Source: Felis catus
Taxonomy: Eukaryota
DNA: 64,000 nt
Direction: 5' to 3'
NCBI RefSeq assembly: GCF_018350175.1
Contig: NC_058383.1
Span: 18,912,001 to 18,976,000 of the forward strand
Positions 23,552 to 37,295 of the stretch are shown piece by piece. The notes under the pieces were generated by a model. That model was not told the DNA's origin. It worked only from the letters and a program-made list of their open reading frames with translations, and searched no databases. Both the position numbers and the translations under genes were made by a program. Numbering within the stretch: the stretch's first letter is position 1; each line of letters opens with the position of its first letter.

Positions 23552-24560
23552 CCAGTCCTCATTTTTGAGACTTTGTTACTTGTTGCTGAAAGCATTTCTA
23601 ATGCATATACTATCACTTTATTTAAATTAGCACGAGTGGATTTCTGTTTCTTGTCACACACTGTGCCGAAACAGTGACAGCCTCTTGAATTCTGGACCAC
23701 GTGGATGCAAGACAGTTCCTAACCACCCTCCATCCTGCTCAGCCCAGGCCCCAGCCGCCAGTTCTGTCCCGGTGGTTCCCATGCCAGACTCTGTCAGAGT
23801 GAGTCATGTGGATAAGATAATACTGCCCAGGGGTCCTAAACAGAACCTTCAGGTAGGTTCTGTAGGTAGGTCCTTCAAGCAGGCTGGAGGATGGAGGTAG
23901 TCCACTAGCTATTGTCAACCTTGGGACCTACCACATCTCTTCGGCCCCCTTTTGGGCAGCAGAAGCCTCCATTCACTGAATGTTTGAAGGAAGCCAGACC
24001 TGTCTACTAAAAGTCTTCAACAATGTGAGTCATGATATGTTGGGCCGGTCCCTGCTCCAAGAGGAGGTGCCGGGCTGAGGTCTCCCTTTACGTGAGAAGT
24101 CCCTTTGCTAGTCTGTCCCTTCTGTATCCTCCCTCGCCGGAGGTCATCAAGGCCTGGAAATAGAGGAGTGACAGCGCGGATATGTACCATCCAGGACTTC
24201 AGATTAGATCCCACCCAGCTCAAAAGTGATGGTTCAACGGAAGCTAACCTAGAGTAAGTTGTAGGACGCTTTCCGGAATAATTCAGGAAGAAAATCATTC
24301 TCTCTTTTAGACTTATCCTTGAGAGGGTAAGAGTCCGGTACAGCCGGGGTCCGCCACTAGGGGAGAGCTTAGCCAAGAGCAAATGATAAACTAAGAGAAA
24401 GCGAGATCAAGTTTCAAGGACCTGCCAGGAGTCCCTGGATCAAGCTATGCCTGAAGACCACTGACACCCAGACGTTTAATACATGTGAACCAGAATATAT
24501 ACCTGTTCCGTTAAAGCCGATTTGAATTGCCTGTCTCTTATATAAACTAAAACAGTCTTG
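23060..24560 (+). mobile_element. Old MLT1 (I/J/K-like) LTR fragments, with a (GAAA)n run at about 23496-23550
   Basis: tgcctggagctgcagcagccatcttgccaccatgaggg; ccctggatcaagctatgcctgaag. Confidence 0.6.
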
Positions 24561-24898
24561 AGAATTTCAGCCCATGACAAACAGCATGGCAGGTGAGCGG
24601 CTAGGCTGAAACCTAAATCCCAAATTGCCTGCTGTCAGATCCAGTGAAAGGCACTGATAGGCCAGAGCCTGACTCCAAAATGTCCCCAGGAGAATATGTG
24701 TGCACACAGCTTCTGTTGATGTTTGAGTTCTGCCTTGTCTCTGAGGATTTCCCAGACCATTGGGTTCGACCCAAAGTGCATCTCTCCACTCCCCACGTTT
24801 GTCTGTGCGGTGCCTTTGGCATGGGACTGTGTGCCATTTCATTCTGTTCTTGTCCTGTTCTGGTCTTTAAATCTTGGCCGACTTGGGCTTTTCTTTTC

Positions 24899-25119
24899 TT
24901 TTTTTATTATTTTTTCCATTTTTACATGTATTTATTTTTGAGAGACAGAGCACAAGTGGGGGAGGGGCAGAGAAAGAGGGAGACACAGAATCGGAAGCAG
25001 GCTCCAGGCTGCGAGCCATCAGCCCACAGAGCCCGACGCGGGGCTCGAACTCACGGACCGCGGGATCGTGACCTGAGCCGAAGTCGGACGCTTAACCGAC
25101 TGCGCCACCCAGGCGCCCC
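24899..25119 (-). mobile_element. Young SINEC_Fc
   Basis: CpG-intact body gcccgacgcggggctcgaactcacggaccgcg; ...tgcgccacccaggcgcccc. Confidence 0.93.
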
Positions 25120-25699
25120 TCGGCTTTTCTTTCTTGATGTGAACTCCGCCAGGCCAAGGGGCTGGCTGTTATTGATTTCCTTTTCCCACACAGCTCAGGG
25201 CTCAGCACACAGATGGAACTTTTGGGTGGCAGCACGGGACAATGGAAGGAACACTGGCTTTGAATCCTGGCTCTGCCACTTACTAGCTGGGTGACCTTCA
25301 GCAAGTCGCTTAATTATTCTGAGCCTTAGCGAGGCTATTGTGGAGACCGCATACTATCACGTGTCATTCGTTTGTTTGTTCCTTCAGTAAATATTTATTG
25401 AGTGGGCGCTCTGTGTAGGCATGGGGCTAGGGGCTGAAAATACAATGGCGAGTGTAACAGTCAACATACAGTTTGGTTGGAGGGGCGCCTGGGTGGTTCA
25501 GTCAGTTGAGCGTCTGACTCTTGATCTCCACTCAGGTGCCGATCTTGGGGTCGTGGGTTCAAGCCCCATGTGGGGCTCTGTTCTGGACATGAAGCTTACT
25601 GAAAAAGAAAAGAAAAAGTAAGGAAAAAAAGTATACTCTGGTTGGTGGTAAGCAGACAAAGCAAACACTGTTTCTTTTTTCGTTCTGACACACAGACCT

Positions 25700-26245
25700 T
25701 TTTTAGCTTTCCTGGCCGTTGGGTGGGGCCGTGTGACTAAGTTCTGGCCAATGGAATCTGGGGGGAAAGTGATGTGATATGTGACCTCTCTCCTCACGCA
25801 CGTCCAGGGGAATCCTTTACCTTCTCTGTTTGCCAGCAGATGCAGGTCTGATGACTCCAGGGACCTGAAGGAGTGTTGAGAGCCAAGATCAAAGGGCCTG
25901 GCACCCCGAAGGATTTGCCAACATTCTGTGACTGTGACACGAACAAGAAGTAAACTACGGTGTTAAGCTACTGAGATTTAAAAAAACCCTTTTTTTAAAA
26001 ATGTTTATTTATTTTTGAGACAGGGAGAGACAGAGCATGAACAGGGGAGGGTCAGAGAGAGGGAGACACAGAATCTGAAGCGGGCTCCAGGCTCTGAGCT
26101 GTCAGCCCAGAGCCCGACGCGGGGCTCGAACTCACGAGCCGCGAGATCACGACCTAAGTCGGACACTTAACCGACTGAGCCACTCAGGCGCCCCTAAGCT
26201 ACTGAGATTTTAGGTTGTTACTGCAGCATAGGGTGCCTTGACATC
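25700..26245 (+). mobile_element. MLT1H-like LTR interrupted by an antisense SINEC (25990-26194)
   Basis: ggggccgtgtgactaagttctggccaatggaat; SINE target-site duplication taagctactgagattt on both sides. Confidence 0.75.
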
Positions 26246-26929
26246 AAGTGTGGCCAACTTAAGTAAAAGTGAATTTCTTGGAAGGAAATGGGCTGTTCAT
26301 GGGGTCATCAGGAGCCTTAGAAGTGGGCAGCTCCAGAGGCTAAGGAAGGAGGATGTGTCCACACATCCGGAACAATAGTCCAAACATTTCTTTTTGTCCC
26401 AATATTCAAATTTCTGGGAAGGGGCTCCACTTAGCCTACTTTGGGCCATATGCTCCTTCCCTTGGCTAGAGGAGAGAAAATCTTTGATTTCAATCCCTAC
26501 TCACTGTATTTAATGAGAGGATGGAAACGTCAGAAGGGAATTGAGGGGGCGATGGACGTTGGGCAAGAGGAAAACAAGCACTCCCTGAAATGAACACACT
26601 TCCTTCCCTCTTTGCGTTCCAGCCAAGGGGAGGCCCGGACTAATCAGGTCCTCCCGCAGCACAGCACAATGACTGGGGTGATCTCCATGATGCACAAGTA
26701 CAGGCCACCCAGATGTGGGCCGAGAGGTCAGGGAGAGCTTCCCAGAGGAAGTGACATTTGATCTGGGGTTTGAAGTGTGATAGAAATCTACTATGTAAGA
26801 GGAGAGGGGGCGGCAAAGGAGAGAGCATATGTAATGGCTAGGAGGTACCACAGGAGAGGCGAATTTCTCTTTTCTTCCTCTTCCCCAAACATGAGGGACT
26901 TGGAATCAGGGGAAACATCCTCTTTGATT

Positions 26930-28490
26930 TTCAGTCATCTCTAAGATATGGAAAAAGGGAGCTAAAATCAACATGATTGACAAATGATACAGTTTTGTTT
27001 GTTTGCTTTTTTTTAAAGTAAGCTTTATGTCCACCGTGGCACTTGAACTCACAACCCCGAGATCAAGAGTTGCACGCGGTAAAGACGGACCAAGCCAGGC
27101 TCCCCTCAGGTGATACAGTATTATACCTGGAAAACCTACGTGAATCTGTTGGAAGAAACAAAACAAAACAAAACAAAACAAAACAAAACAAAACAATAAA
27201 AATATTCACTTAGTTGGCTAGGTCCAAAATTTAACTAAAGAAATCGATAGCTTCCTTATTTATACTAACAACTGCTTAGAAGAGATAATGGAGTGGTGGC
27301 CCCATCTACAATGGCAACACAAAAGATAAAGGACCTAAAAATAAACTTCATAAGAAATGCATAAAATCTATTTGAAGGAGGGGCAGCCGGCAGGCTCTGT
27401 CAGTAGAGCGTGCAACTCCCGATCTCAGGGTTGTAAGTTTGAGCCCCATGCTGGGCGTAAAGATTACTTTAAAAAATCTACATGAAGGAAACTGTAGAAT
27501 GCTATTGAATGATGCAAAAAGACGACTGAATTTCTTTCTTTTCTTTCTTTTCTTTTTTTTTCTAGGCTTTTTCTGGATGCGGGAGCAGCTACCCAGTCCC
27601 TTTTCCTGGTCTCTTTGTATCTTCATGCTGACGGGGAACTTGGGCTTGCTGTCACTACTGGAACACGGTGCTGCTCCTGCTGTCCTGGCCGGTTCTGGGC
27701 ACATCTTTTGTTTCATGCATCAGCTTCTGGCAACAGGTCTGGCCTCTTTCTGGGAACTAAGTCACCTTACTCAGTGCCCGGTTTGGGGTTGGCGTCTCCC
27801 ATCTCAAACAACAGCTTGGGTTCATACCTCGCACTGTATACCAATATAAAATCTATGTAGATCAAAGATTTACCTATGTTTTTGAATTAAAGATATAAAA
27901 GTACTTGAAGAAAGCATGAGTAAATTCCCTTAAGTATTGGCATGGGAGCAACCTTATAAAGTTTGACTCAAAATCAGAAGCCATAAAAGATCGATCAATT
28001 CAGCTATAAAAAATAAATTAAGGCTTCTCCGTGGAAGAGTGAAACCATAAGCAAAGTCAAAAGGCAGCAATCTGGGAAAAATATTTTCAAGTCAACATCA
28101 CAAAGAGTTAATCTCCCTGTTGCATAAAGATTTCCTAGAAACATAGCGAAAGAGCCCAGCAACTCAATGGCAAAGAGGGGCAGAGTACAAAACTGGACAG
28201 TTCACCAAAAAATTGCAATGTCATCTCTCAGATGGGCAAAAATCGAGAAGGCTGACAGTATTGACTATTGACTATTGACCGGTCTGTGCAGAAATAGATA
28301 CTCTCTGTGTAGCTGGTAAGAGTGTACAACTCCTTTACAGGACTCTTCAGGACAATCCATCAAATCACAAAGGCATTTACCCTTTGACCTAGTAATTCTA
28401 CTTTTGTGAGTTTATCCTAAGGATACACCCGCGCATTTATGTGTATGCATAGGGTAAGTTTTTACAGCGTTGGTTTTGTTAATAAACGAA
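26930..28490 (+). mobile_element. Old L1M ORF2/3' remnant with short SINE insertions and an (AAAAC)n run
   Basis: tacctggaaaaccta, ggacctaaaaataaac, agaagccataaaaga, cctttgacctagtaattctactt. Confidence 0.7.
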
Positions 28491-30259
28491 CGGAAACCGC
28501 ATTTTCTTGGGTCGCATGCTTACCTCTGATACTGAGGAGTGGGGTTGGCCCCATCCAAGCTCCAAAAACCGAGTATAAAGGGAAGGTGATCCTTCACAGA
28601 AAAACTGGAGTTATCGGAAGGGACAAGAAAAAAACAACAACAACAGATGTCCCCCGCATCATCTATACCCTTCCTGTGTCACATGATGGAGACAACTTCC
28701 TTTACTGGAAGGCTCCAGAGCAAACACAGTGATACAGCACTTAGATGTGTTTGGGGAACCAGTGGTGGTGTCTCAACTACCTTCTAAGGGCGGTGGGTTC
28801 TATCAATGTGAGGGCCCTTAGCTCTGCTGAACACCCATGATGCGTGTGAATATACTAACATGGGGTAGCATCTTGGGCAATGTTGAGGTGACTGCGTCAT
28901 AGTGAGGAGAGAGGCTTGAGATTTGGGATGAAATTCTAGAGGGGAGAACGATGAACTAGACAGCCAGGCATTATGAGGGGGGGAGGCGCTGAGGGAAAAA
29001 AGTGATCCAGTAGCAGCCCAGCTGATGAGGGATTGCAGGAAATTGCAGATGGTGGGAATGAAGGCTTCAGAGTCTTTGCTATGAGATGTGCGATGTAAGT
29101 CCTCTCCTCCGTACAACATCTTCAGTAAAGAAGGGTCCCTACTGCTTTGCTGTAGCGTTTCCCTGTTGAGGGTGATACTGCCTCCAGGAGCACTTGGAAA
29201 CAGGTGGGCTTGGTTTTTCTTGTCCTGATGACCTCTGGGAGGTGGAGGCATGGTCATTACTGACTTGGTGACCAGGATGACGCTATCTGGTGAGATGTCT
29301 CTCGCACGAGGCCGGTCCCACCCCCACTGGAAACGCTGCTGTGGTGTGAGTGGATTGTTTGAGGAAACTTAAAGGTGTTCAGAATTTGGGGTCCAGGTTG
29401 AGGTTGGGCAAAACCAAAGCACACAGGAGCCAGAGGACAAAGGACTGACACCTGCGTCGCACCTGTATTTAAGATTTGGATTATGTGTATAATCACTGCT
29501 TAATGAGTCTTTTTATAGCTTCCTTCCTCGCAGCCTTAGTTTATTTCCCCATTTGTCATTTGCTTCGTAATAGGCTGTTCTTTTAACTTTCTGCGTTTTA
29601 CACTTATTTTTTTGTTAGTTCTAATCTGCATATAAAACAGAGGTATTTTGTACTCAATTTGTATCCATTGGCCTGCAGACCCGGCCTCATTTTCTCCTTT
29701 GTCAGTGCCATATTCTTGGATCTGTTTGTGAACTTTTATCACCTTCCCCATTTTTGCGTGACATTACTGTTCAATAACACACTGGGCTTCCTAAATTTAG
29801 ATTTTGTTGAGGAAATAATTTTCGATAAAAATAACTATTACACACACTGTTCACAACCAAAGTATTGCAATTTTGGACTTTCTTCTATTAGTTATACATA
29901 TGGCCAGCTTTAGCACTTCGTCATTACTTCCGAAGTTTGCCATGCCAACAGAAATCCATTTCAGCATCTAGCTCACAGTGAAAGTGGGGCATTGGCCTCA
30001 ACCTGGAGGGTCTCTAACCAGAAGGTCGCCTGGGGCTCACTGAGGCTGGGAGACCTCGGTGGGCTTTGGGGTTGGATGGGGAGGGGATGACCTTGTATGA
30101 GGTGCTTCCTGTCCTTTAAGAATGCAGTCCCCAGAGGTGGCACAGGACTTATATGAGGGGGTTGTCCAGCAGCTGACTGGGGATAGGGAGAACTGATTTT
30201 TCACAGCCCTTCAAGAAAGCTGTGATGGTCCTCATTAGTCTCCTTCAAGGTCAGATCCA

Positions 30260-30468
30260 GGGGCTCCTGGGTGGCTCAATCGGGTAAGCATCTGACTCTT
30301 GGTTTCAGCTCAGGTCATGGTCTCATGGTTCGTGAGTTTGAGCCCCACATTGGGCTCTGTGCTGACACCGCGAAGCCTGCTTGGTATTCTACCTCTCCCT
30401 CTCTCTCTGCCCCTTCCCACTCATGCTCTATCTCTATCTCTCTCAAAATAAATAAACTTAAAATAAAA
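30260..30468 (+). mobile_element. SINEC
   Basis: ggggctcctgggtggctcaatcggg head; duplication aaggtcaga(t/c)cc. Confidence 0.9.
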
Positions 30469-30484
30469 GGTCAGACCCTTACTA

Positions 30485-31430
30485 TAGTGTTCTGGTTATT
30501 TACTGTTATATCCCCAAACATAATGACTTTGCATACCTGCTCGTTATTATCCCTCATAGTTCTGCACAGTTTTGATGGGGCCTTAGCTGGGTGGTTCTTA
30601 TTTGGGATCTCTCATACTGTTGCAGTTAGAGAGGTGCTGTGGGCTGGAGTCTTCCCAAGTCATGACTGGGCTCAACGATCCAAGATGGCGTCTTCACTTA
30701 CATGGCTGGTACCTCAGCTGAGCTACCCGTGATGGATTTTTCTGGTCAGGCAGTACTCTCTCTTTTCACATGGGCTTTCCATTTGTCTGCCTAGAACTTC
30801 CTCACAGCTTGGTGTTCTCAGGTAATCAGACTTCTTACGTGGTAGCTGGCTTGTCCCAAAGATAATGTCCCAAGAAACCCAAGCAAATACTATACAGCTT
30901 TTTAGGAACTAACTTTGGAAGTCAGGCTCCATTCCATTCCATTTTACTGGTCAGAAGGGAATTCATAGGGCCAACCCAGAATCAAGGTCAGGGGACTACA
31001 CAAGGATGTGCATTCCGACAGACATGGTTCAGTGAGGGCATTTTTTTTGGACCAGCTACCACACACGGTCTCAGGTGCTAGTCAGGAGATGTCAGGTTTT
31101 GTTGCAGTAACAAACCACCCTAAATACCAGTGCCTCAAAGCACAAAGTCTATTTCTTGCTCATTCTGTTGACCCGGTGTAGTTGAGGGCAGCATTCCACC
31201 TTATGGTGCTCCAATCCCAACATAATGGGTCACAGGGCACTATGGCAGGGGAGAACAGAATCAGAGGGACTTGAAAGGGAATGCTAGCCAAGGAAATGCT
31301 CTGGCCCAGAAATGACGTGGGTCACTTCCAGCCAGCTGGCCTTGTCCAGTCCAACCACAGGAAGTGGGGAAGTATAAACCTCCCTTGTACTCGGAGGCGA
31401 GCCAAGGCAGATATCGCTGAACACTGGAAG
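30485..31430 (-). mobile_element. Antisense MLT1 (F/G/J-like) LTR fragments
   Basis: atccaagatggcgtcttcacttacatggctgg; cagacttcttacgtggtagctggctt; cagtaacaaaccaccctaaa. Confidence 0.65.
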
Positions 31431-31879
31431 TCTCTCTCCCATCATACCCTGCCCATGGGTAATTCTTGTTGGATATTTCTGGTGGGTGTCACAGCTAGGT
31501 AAGACCTCAGACAAGATTTCTCCCTTAATCATAGTAATGGGTGTTTGTAAACAGCTCTTTATTCTACATGAGGAGGTCACTCAGTAGGCGACATTTGAGT
31601 TGGGTCTTCAGGACGAGTAGGAATTTGAAGGGGAGGGAAAGAGACGAGGAAAAGGACATCCCTAATGATAGAATGACATAAGCACAGGCTCAGAGACGTG
31701 GAAGAGATTGCTGCTTTCCAGGACCCATGAGGAGTCCAGCACGGTGGGCTTGTAGAGGGAGAGGAGATAGTAAGGGCGGCAGTAACTAGGATAGAAACAA
31801 TAATAAATAAGTAATATTTATTGAAAATCTTTTTAAGGTGCCCGTCACAAAACACTTCACGTGCTTCGCCACAGTAATG

Positions 31880-32330
31880 GTACTGTTCGGTCGAATCTCT
31901 TCCATTTGCACCTCCGGGGTCCCATTTCTTCTTCTTGCCCTGTGTCCAGGAGGTTGGCCCCGACCACTATATCACCAGGCTCCCTTGCTCTCTGGCTTCT
32001 GGTTGGATTTGTCCAATGGGGAGCCCCAATAGGAGATGGAGGGAAGAGAGTGTGGTCAGGGTATTTATTCCACTGGCTTCCTCCCTACAGGAGCACCTTC
32101 GCTGGTTGCTTCCTTCACCTGCTCTCGCACGATTCCCCCTAGACAGATTCTGGCAAATGTTCCTCCACTTGCCTCTTCAGCCCTAGGGGTACTCAAAGTC
32201 CTGGTGTTACGAGACTGGGGGTACTGTATTGTCTTTTGTACGGTTTCCTTACACCCCTTTTAAAATAGCTCCCTTATCAATTCCTCAAATTCTAACTAGA
32301 ATTTCTTGATAGAATCTGACTGATACAGGT
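31880..32330 (+). mobile_element. ERVL LTR (LTR33-like)
   Basis: ccttgctctctggcttctggttggatttgtccaatggg ... gtcagggtatttattcc ... cttcagccctagggg. Confidence 0.65.
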
Positions 32331-34703
32331 ATGTAACTGACCAGGTGGGTACCAGTATTGCTCCCATATTATGGATTAGGAAACTGAGGTACAAAGAGTT
32401 GAGGTGACCTGCTCAAGCCATACAATGACATAAGAGTAAAGACTCAGGCAGAGTATGGCTAGAGAGCGCCAAAGACCTTCAAAGGCCTTAAGTGCCATGT
32501 TAAACAGAGACCGTTCCTATCATCTACAGAGGGTACCAGATGCTCCTCCTGTCTTCCTTTTTTCATTAAATCCATACTGGGTGATACTCCTATGCCTCCT
32601 GAGAAACCAAGGTGCTTCCTTGCAGGGAAAAATGAGAGAGTTCCTCAGGTTCCGATGGCTTCATAGAGCCGTGGTGGCGCTCAGAGAGATTTTTTTTTTT
32701 TTTTTTTTGCCATAGAAAGAGCTTTTCTGGAAATTGGGGCCGAGGGTGTGACTGAGGTCCAGCCAATCAGAGCACCACAGTCCCCCCTGGTCACAGTGAT
32801 TGGCTCAGGAGTGATCCAATCAAAACCAACGGGACGATTTTCCTGAACCGCTGATAGGAGAGGCAAGCTTTCTTCTCTCCCAGAGAAGATAAAGCATGGA
32901 CGTGCCAGGGGTGACGGTGTGGATAAAGGACCCCCCCCCCCCCCCAATCAAGGAATCAGAACCAATAAATGGAGAGAAACGGAGTTCTGTGATGCCACTT
33001 CGGACTCTGCATCCAGCCGCGTCCGAAATCCACGTAAACCTTTGGATGATCCTCCCACACGAGACGATAGAGTCTGTGTGATAGCGTTCCCACTCCAGGG
33101 TCACGACCTTGTCAGTTGCCATGGAAAGAGTCGCGATACAGTCGGAGAGAGCTCGGAGGGGGAAGAGGACGGGGCACTCTGCAGCAGGCAGGCGAATTTC
33201 TGTTCATCCGGCGAGACCCGATGAAAATGTTACCATCTTCGTCCAATCCTCCAACCACGTGTCTCTCCGTAGCTGGTTGCGCCCTCCCCTCTTTCTCGTG
33301 CACCCAGAAAGTTTGCGCACACCCCTGCTATAGCACCTTATTGTGCGGGAATTGTTGGGGTGGCTGTTTCTGCCGTGAGGCAGCGAACACTTTGCCTGAG
33401 TGTTATTCATTTTGGGATTTTTGGTCTTTGGCGAAAGGCCTGGCGTAAAGTTGATGCTGGGTGTTTGTTGAATGAATAACTGAATGAATGAGACCAAGGC
33501 AGCGGCAAAAGGAATGGGCAGGAGGAGCTGGATGGGGGCCATCTCTGCGGTGCCAACAGAAAGCAATAGCGGCCTTAAATCTTTTTTTGGAATAGACAGG
33601 ATCGAGATTAATATTAATAACAAAGTGTTATTTAGTTGACTTGGACACAATCCCTGGAGCAAAATTAATAATACCTGTGATTTATTATATGCCTCGTGTG
33701 CCAGGTGTGCTGCGGACATTCAATTTAATATTAACTCCAGCTTGGCAATGGAGGTGTGCTGATCGTGTAGGGGCCCCACCGCACCCACTTTATTATGGGG
33801 AGTTGAAACCGACTCCAGGGAAATAGCAATTCCATCCTCCTCCCATGTGGCTGGTTCAGGGATGGGTAGGCCTGAGCCAAGTAAGACCAGTAGGATCAAG
33901 TTTATTGCCACGAGAAAGGGTGTGAGATAAGGCGCTCTCTCTTGCCGATGTGAACCCGGAAGTGTGTGGCCCTGTCTGTTCCCGGCAGCCATCTTGAGGA
34001 CAAAGCCAATCCACTGAGGAGAGCAGAGCCAAGAAAATCCTGGAGGAATGGACCCAGGGCTTCCATCACTCCTAGCATGAACGTGACCTTTTTCTTCTTT
34101 TCTTTTCCTTTTTTCTTTTCTTTCTTTTTTGTGAGCTCTACGCCCAACGTGGGGCTCAAACCCAGGACCCAGGACCCTGAGGTCAAGAGTTCCATGCTCT
34201 ACCAACTGAGCCAGCTATGGGTAGACCTATTGGCCGGCCTATTTCTGGATGTCCAGTTATGGGAGTTATGTGAATCAAAGGCATACCTCTGAGTCTGGGT
34301 TGAGTTTCCGCCATTTCAGCCAATTACACAGTGAGGGAGTCAAGACTTAGATCGTCATGTGCTTAACATACCTCAGCTAATGGTAAGAGCTGGGATTCCG
34401 CTCCAGATCCGTCGTATCCTACAGCCTTTGCTCACCCCACTGAACTGAGCCAAGAAAGGTCAAGTTACTTGGTCTCAGTTCGGATTCATCCGTTTACCTT
34501 TTGATATGGCTTCCCTAATACAGGCAGTTTCTACTGCCTAGAATATTCTATGCATCCTCTCTTTGCCTAGAAAAGTACAACATATCTTTCAGGCCTCAGC
34601 TTAAGTTAATGTCACTTCCTGACCTTCTCCCCGTTCCAACCCTGGAGATTAACTTAGATCCCTTGGCCATTAATTCTCATGGTGGTTTGTATTTTTTTTC
34701 ACA

Positions 34704-34919
34704 CTTTTTTTTTTTACATTTATTTATTTTGAGAGAGAGAGAGAGAGAGAGAGAGAGCATGCAAGCAAGTGGGTGAGGGGCAGAGAGAGGAGAGAGAGCG
34801 AGAGATTGAGAGAGAGAATCCCAAGCAGGCTCTACACTCGATCTCATGAAAGGAGACATCATGACCTGGGCTGAAATCAAGAGCTGGATGCCTAACCGGC
34901 TGAGCCACCCAGGCACCCC
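34704..34919 (-). mobile_element. SINEC
   Basis: T-rich tail, (AG)n segment and antisense head. Confidence 0.9.
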
Positions 34920-35124
34920 TTTCTTCCACGCTCTTATCCCAAGTATAACTGATTTATTATTGGATAATACTTTTAAAATAGCTTGTCTATTTCATAAGGG
35001 CACATAGGTATCTGTTTTCACCTTACCGAATCCTCAGAACAGTGGATGTCACGTAGTGGGTGGCAATAAATATTTGATGAGAGAAGGAATGAAAGCTCTT
35101 GTTTTCTGTGGTCAGGAGTTCTAT

Positions 35125-35309
35125 TGGTAATTCTCCAAGTGTGGTCCCAGGACCTGCCAGCATTAGCATCACCTGGGAACTTGTTAGAACTGTCAATCAT
35201 CAGGCCTCTTCCAGACCTACTGAGTTAGAATCTCTGAGAGTGGGACTGGGATGGCAATCTGTGTTTAACAAGCCATTCAGGTTCTTGTAGGAGTTCGAAA
35301 GACACTGGG
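35125..35309. mobile_element. MER5A
   Basis: aagtgtggtcccaggacc..cagcattagcatcacctgggaacttgttagaa..cagacctactgag..aatctgtgtttaacaagcc. Confidence 0.85.
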
Positions 35310-35385
35310 TTATACAGATTTGCTCTAGTCTATGCAGTGGGCACACAGTAGGGCTTAGCCTCTGTGGAATTGGGGTTCTTTCCTG

Positions 35386-35427
35386 CTTCTATTTTTCTTT
35401 CTCTTTCTTCCTTCCTTCCTTTCTTTT

Positions 35428-35519
<92 letters not shown>

Positions 35520-36063
35520 TTCTTTCCTCTCTCTCTCTCTTTCTTTCCCGAGGGAGAGTGAGTGAGCAGGGAAAGGGCAGAAAGAGGGACAGAGGACCCG
35601 AAGCAGGCTCTGTGCTGACAGCAAAGAGCCTGATGTGGGGCTCGAACCCACAAACGGTGAGATCATGACCTGAGCTGAAGTCAGAGGCTTCACTGAGCCA
35701 CCCAGGCGCCTCGCCTCCTGTTTCCTAAAATCAGCACTTTCACGAGGAAAGCGCACTGGAGGATAGGAACAGGAACTCATCACATTCTATGCCCTCTCAG
35801 AACCTCTGCAGTTGCTGCTAACTTCAGCTTAAAAAAAAATTTTTTTTTCTCTCAATTTCATTTTTAAGTAATCTCTACACCCCACATGGGGCTTGAACTC
35901 ACAACCCCAAGATCAAGAGTAGCATCTCTACCAACTTAGCAGGCTTAAAGGTTTTATTTTATTTTTTTTTAAGTCATCTCCACCCTCCGTGAGGCTCAAA
36001 GTCGTAACCCCAAGATCAAGAGTCCTCCAGCATGCTCCCACTGACTGAGCCAGCCAGGTCCCC
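35386..36063 (-). mobile_element. SINEC with long (CTTT)n tail (35386-35710) plus two short SINEs (about 35840-35940 and 35950-36063)
   Basis: Direct reading of heads and tails. Confidence 0.85.
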
Positions 36064-36699
36064 TACTGCTCCTTCAGCTTTGATCACGCTTTCCACTATT
36101 ATCCGACTTTATTCTTCAGGTGTCCCTCTGCATTTTCATCCCCTCCCTTCCTTGCTATCTCGGCCAGCTGCGTGTTTGTTGGGTTCCTAACATTCACAGC
36201 ACTCCTTTCTTGCAGTTAGTTTGTTCATTTGCCCTTTCCTTGTTTCTCTGCCTCCGCCAGCGCCGGGACGACAGCAGCCGTGCTGACTGCACCAGTCCTA
36301 GCGCCTGGGTCCTTAGCAGGGCTGGCTAACGTGTGCGTGGACTAAAGGACTGTAAGCTCCACGGAGGGCAGAGGCGGCGGGCTCCCGGCCGGGGAGCCTG
36401 GCGCGAAGACGCTCCCTAAAGCTCTGCGGAATGAATGGGCCAACGAAGCGAAAGGGAAACCGCCCCTTTACTAAGATGGCAGGCTCGGGCCCTTTACCAA
36501 CATGGCCGGCGGCCCGCGTGGATGGGCGGCGAGCGCCGGGCGGGGCCGGGCGGGGGCGGGGCCAGGCGGGAGCCGTCAGGTGCGGCCCCGCCCCGCGCCC
36601 CCCCACCCTCTCCCCGCTCGATTCCGGATTGGTCCGGTTCCAGCGCCGCAGCCCGGCGGCCGCGCCGTGGGGCCGCGCCGGGCGCTCGCCACTTCCGGC

Positions 36700-37295
36700 G
36701 CGTTGGGGCTGTTGGTCGGGGGCGGCCGCGCGGCGGGAGCGGGCGGCTCCGGGGCGGGCGCGCGCGCAGGGATGCTCCGGGGGGCGGCGGCGGCGGCCGT
36801 GTGGGCTGAGGCGGCGAGGACAGCGCGGGCCCCCGGGCCTCTACCCTGAGCCGGCCGCCGGGGCTGCGCCGCCGAGGCCCCTTCAGCCTCCGCCCCTTCA
36901 GCCTCGGGGCCCGGCCCGCAGCCGCTTCTGAACGCGGAGGCCGGGAGCCCCTGCCTGGGCCCGGAGCCTCCCCTCGGGGGTCGGGCCCGGGCGGGGGGCC
37001 CCCGAGCCGCTGCCCTCCTCGCCGGCCTCCGAGCCCCATTTCCTGCTTTTTCAGTTTCCTTGGGGAGGGGCGGGTGGGTCTAGATGAATTTGTTCCGGGG
37101 GTCCCCGGCGAGGCGGGCCGGGGGGCCGAGCTCTTTTTAGAGGGTCCCCGCGGGGCCCGGGTGGGGCAGCGGTTGTCTTTGCATGGGCGGGGGACTTCCC
37201 GAACCTGCCGGGACCATGACCTGAACTGTGCGAGCGGGACGTGTCCGAAGCTCGAGAGCCAGCTCACCTGAGCCGCCCCTCCCCCGGCCAGCATG
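36700..37295 (+). other. Putative first exon of an unidentified plus-strand gene, ending in ATG
   Basis: Consensus donor ccggccagcATG|GTAAGT (ATG 37293-37295, A at -3); start site inferred just downstream of the ETS motif. Confidence 0.65.

Noticed and set aside
24351..24368. CTCF-like motif ccgccactaggggagag
   Set aside because: Mismatches at the conserved GGC end of the core
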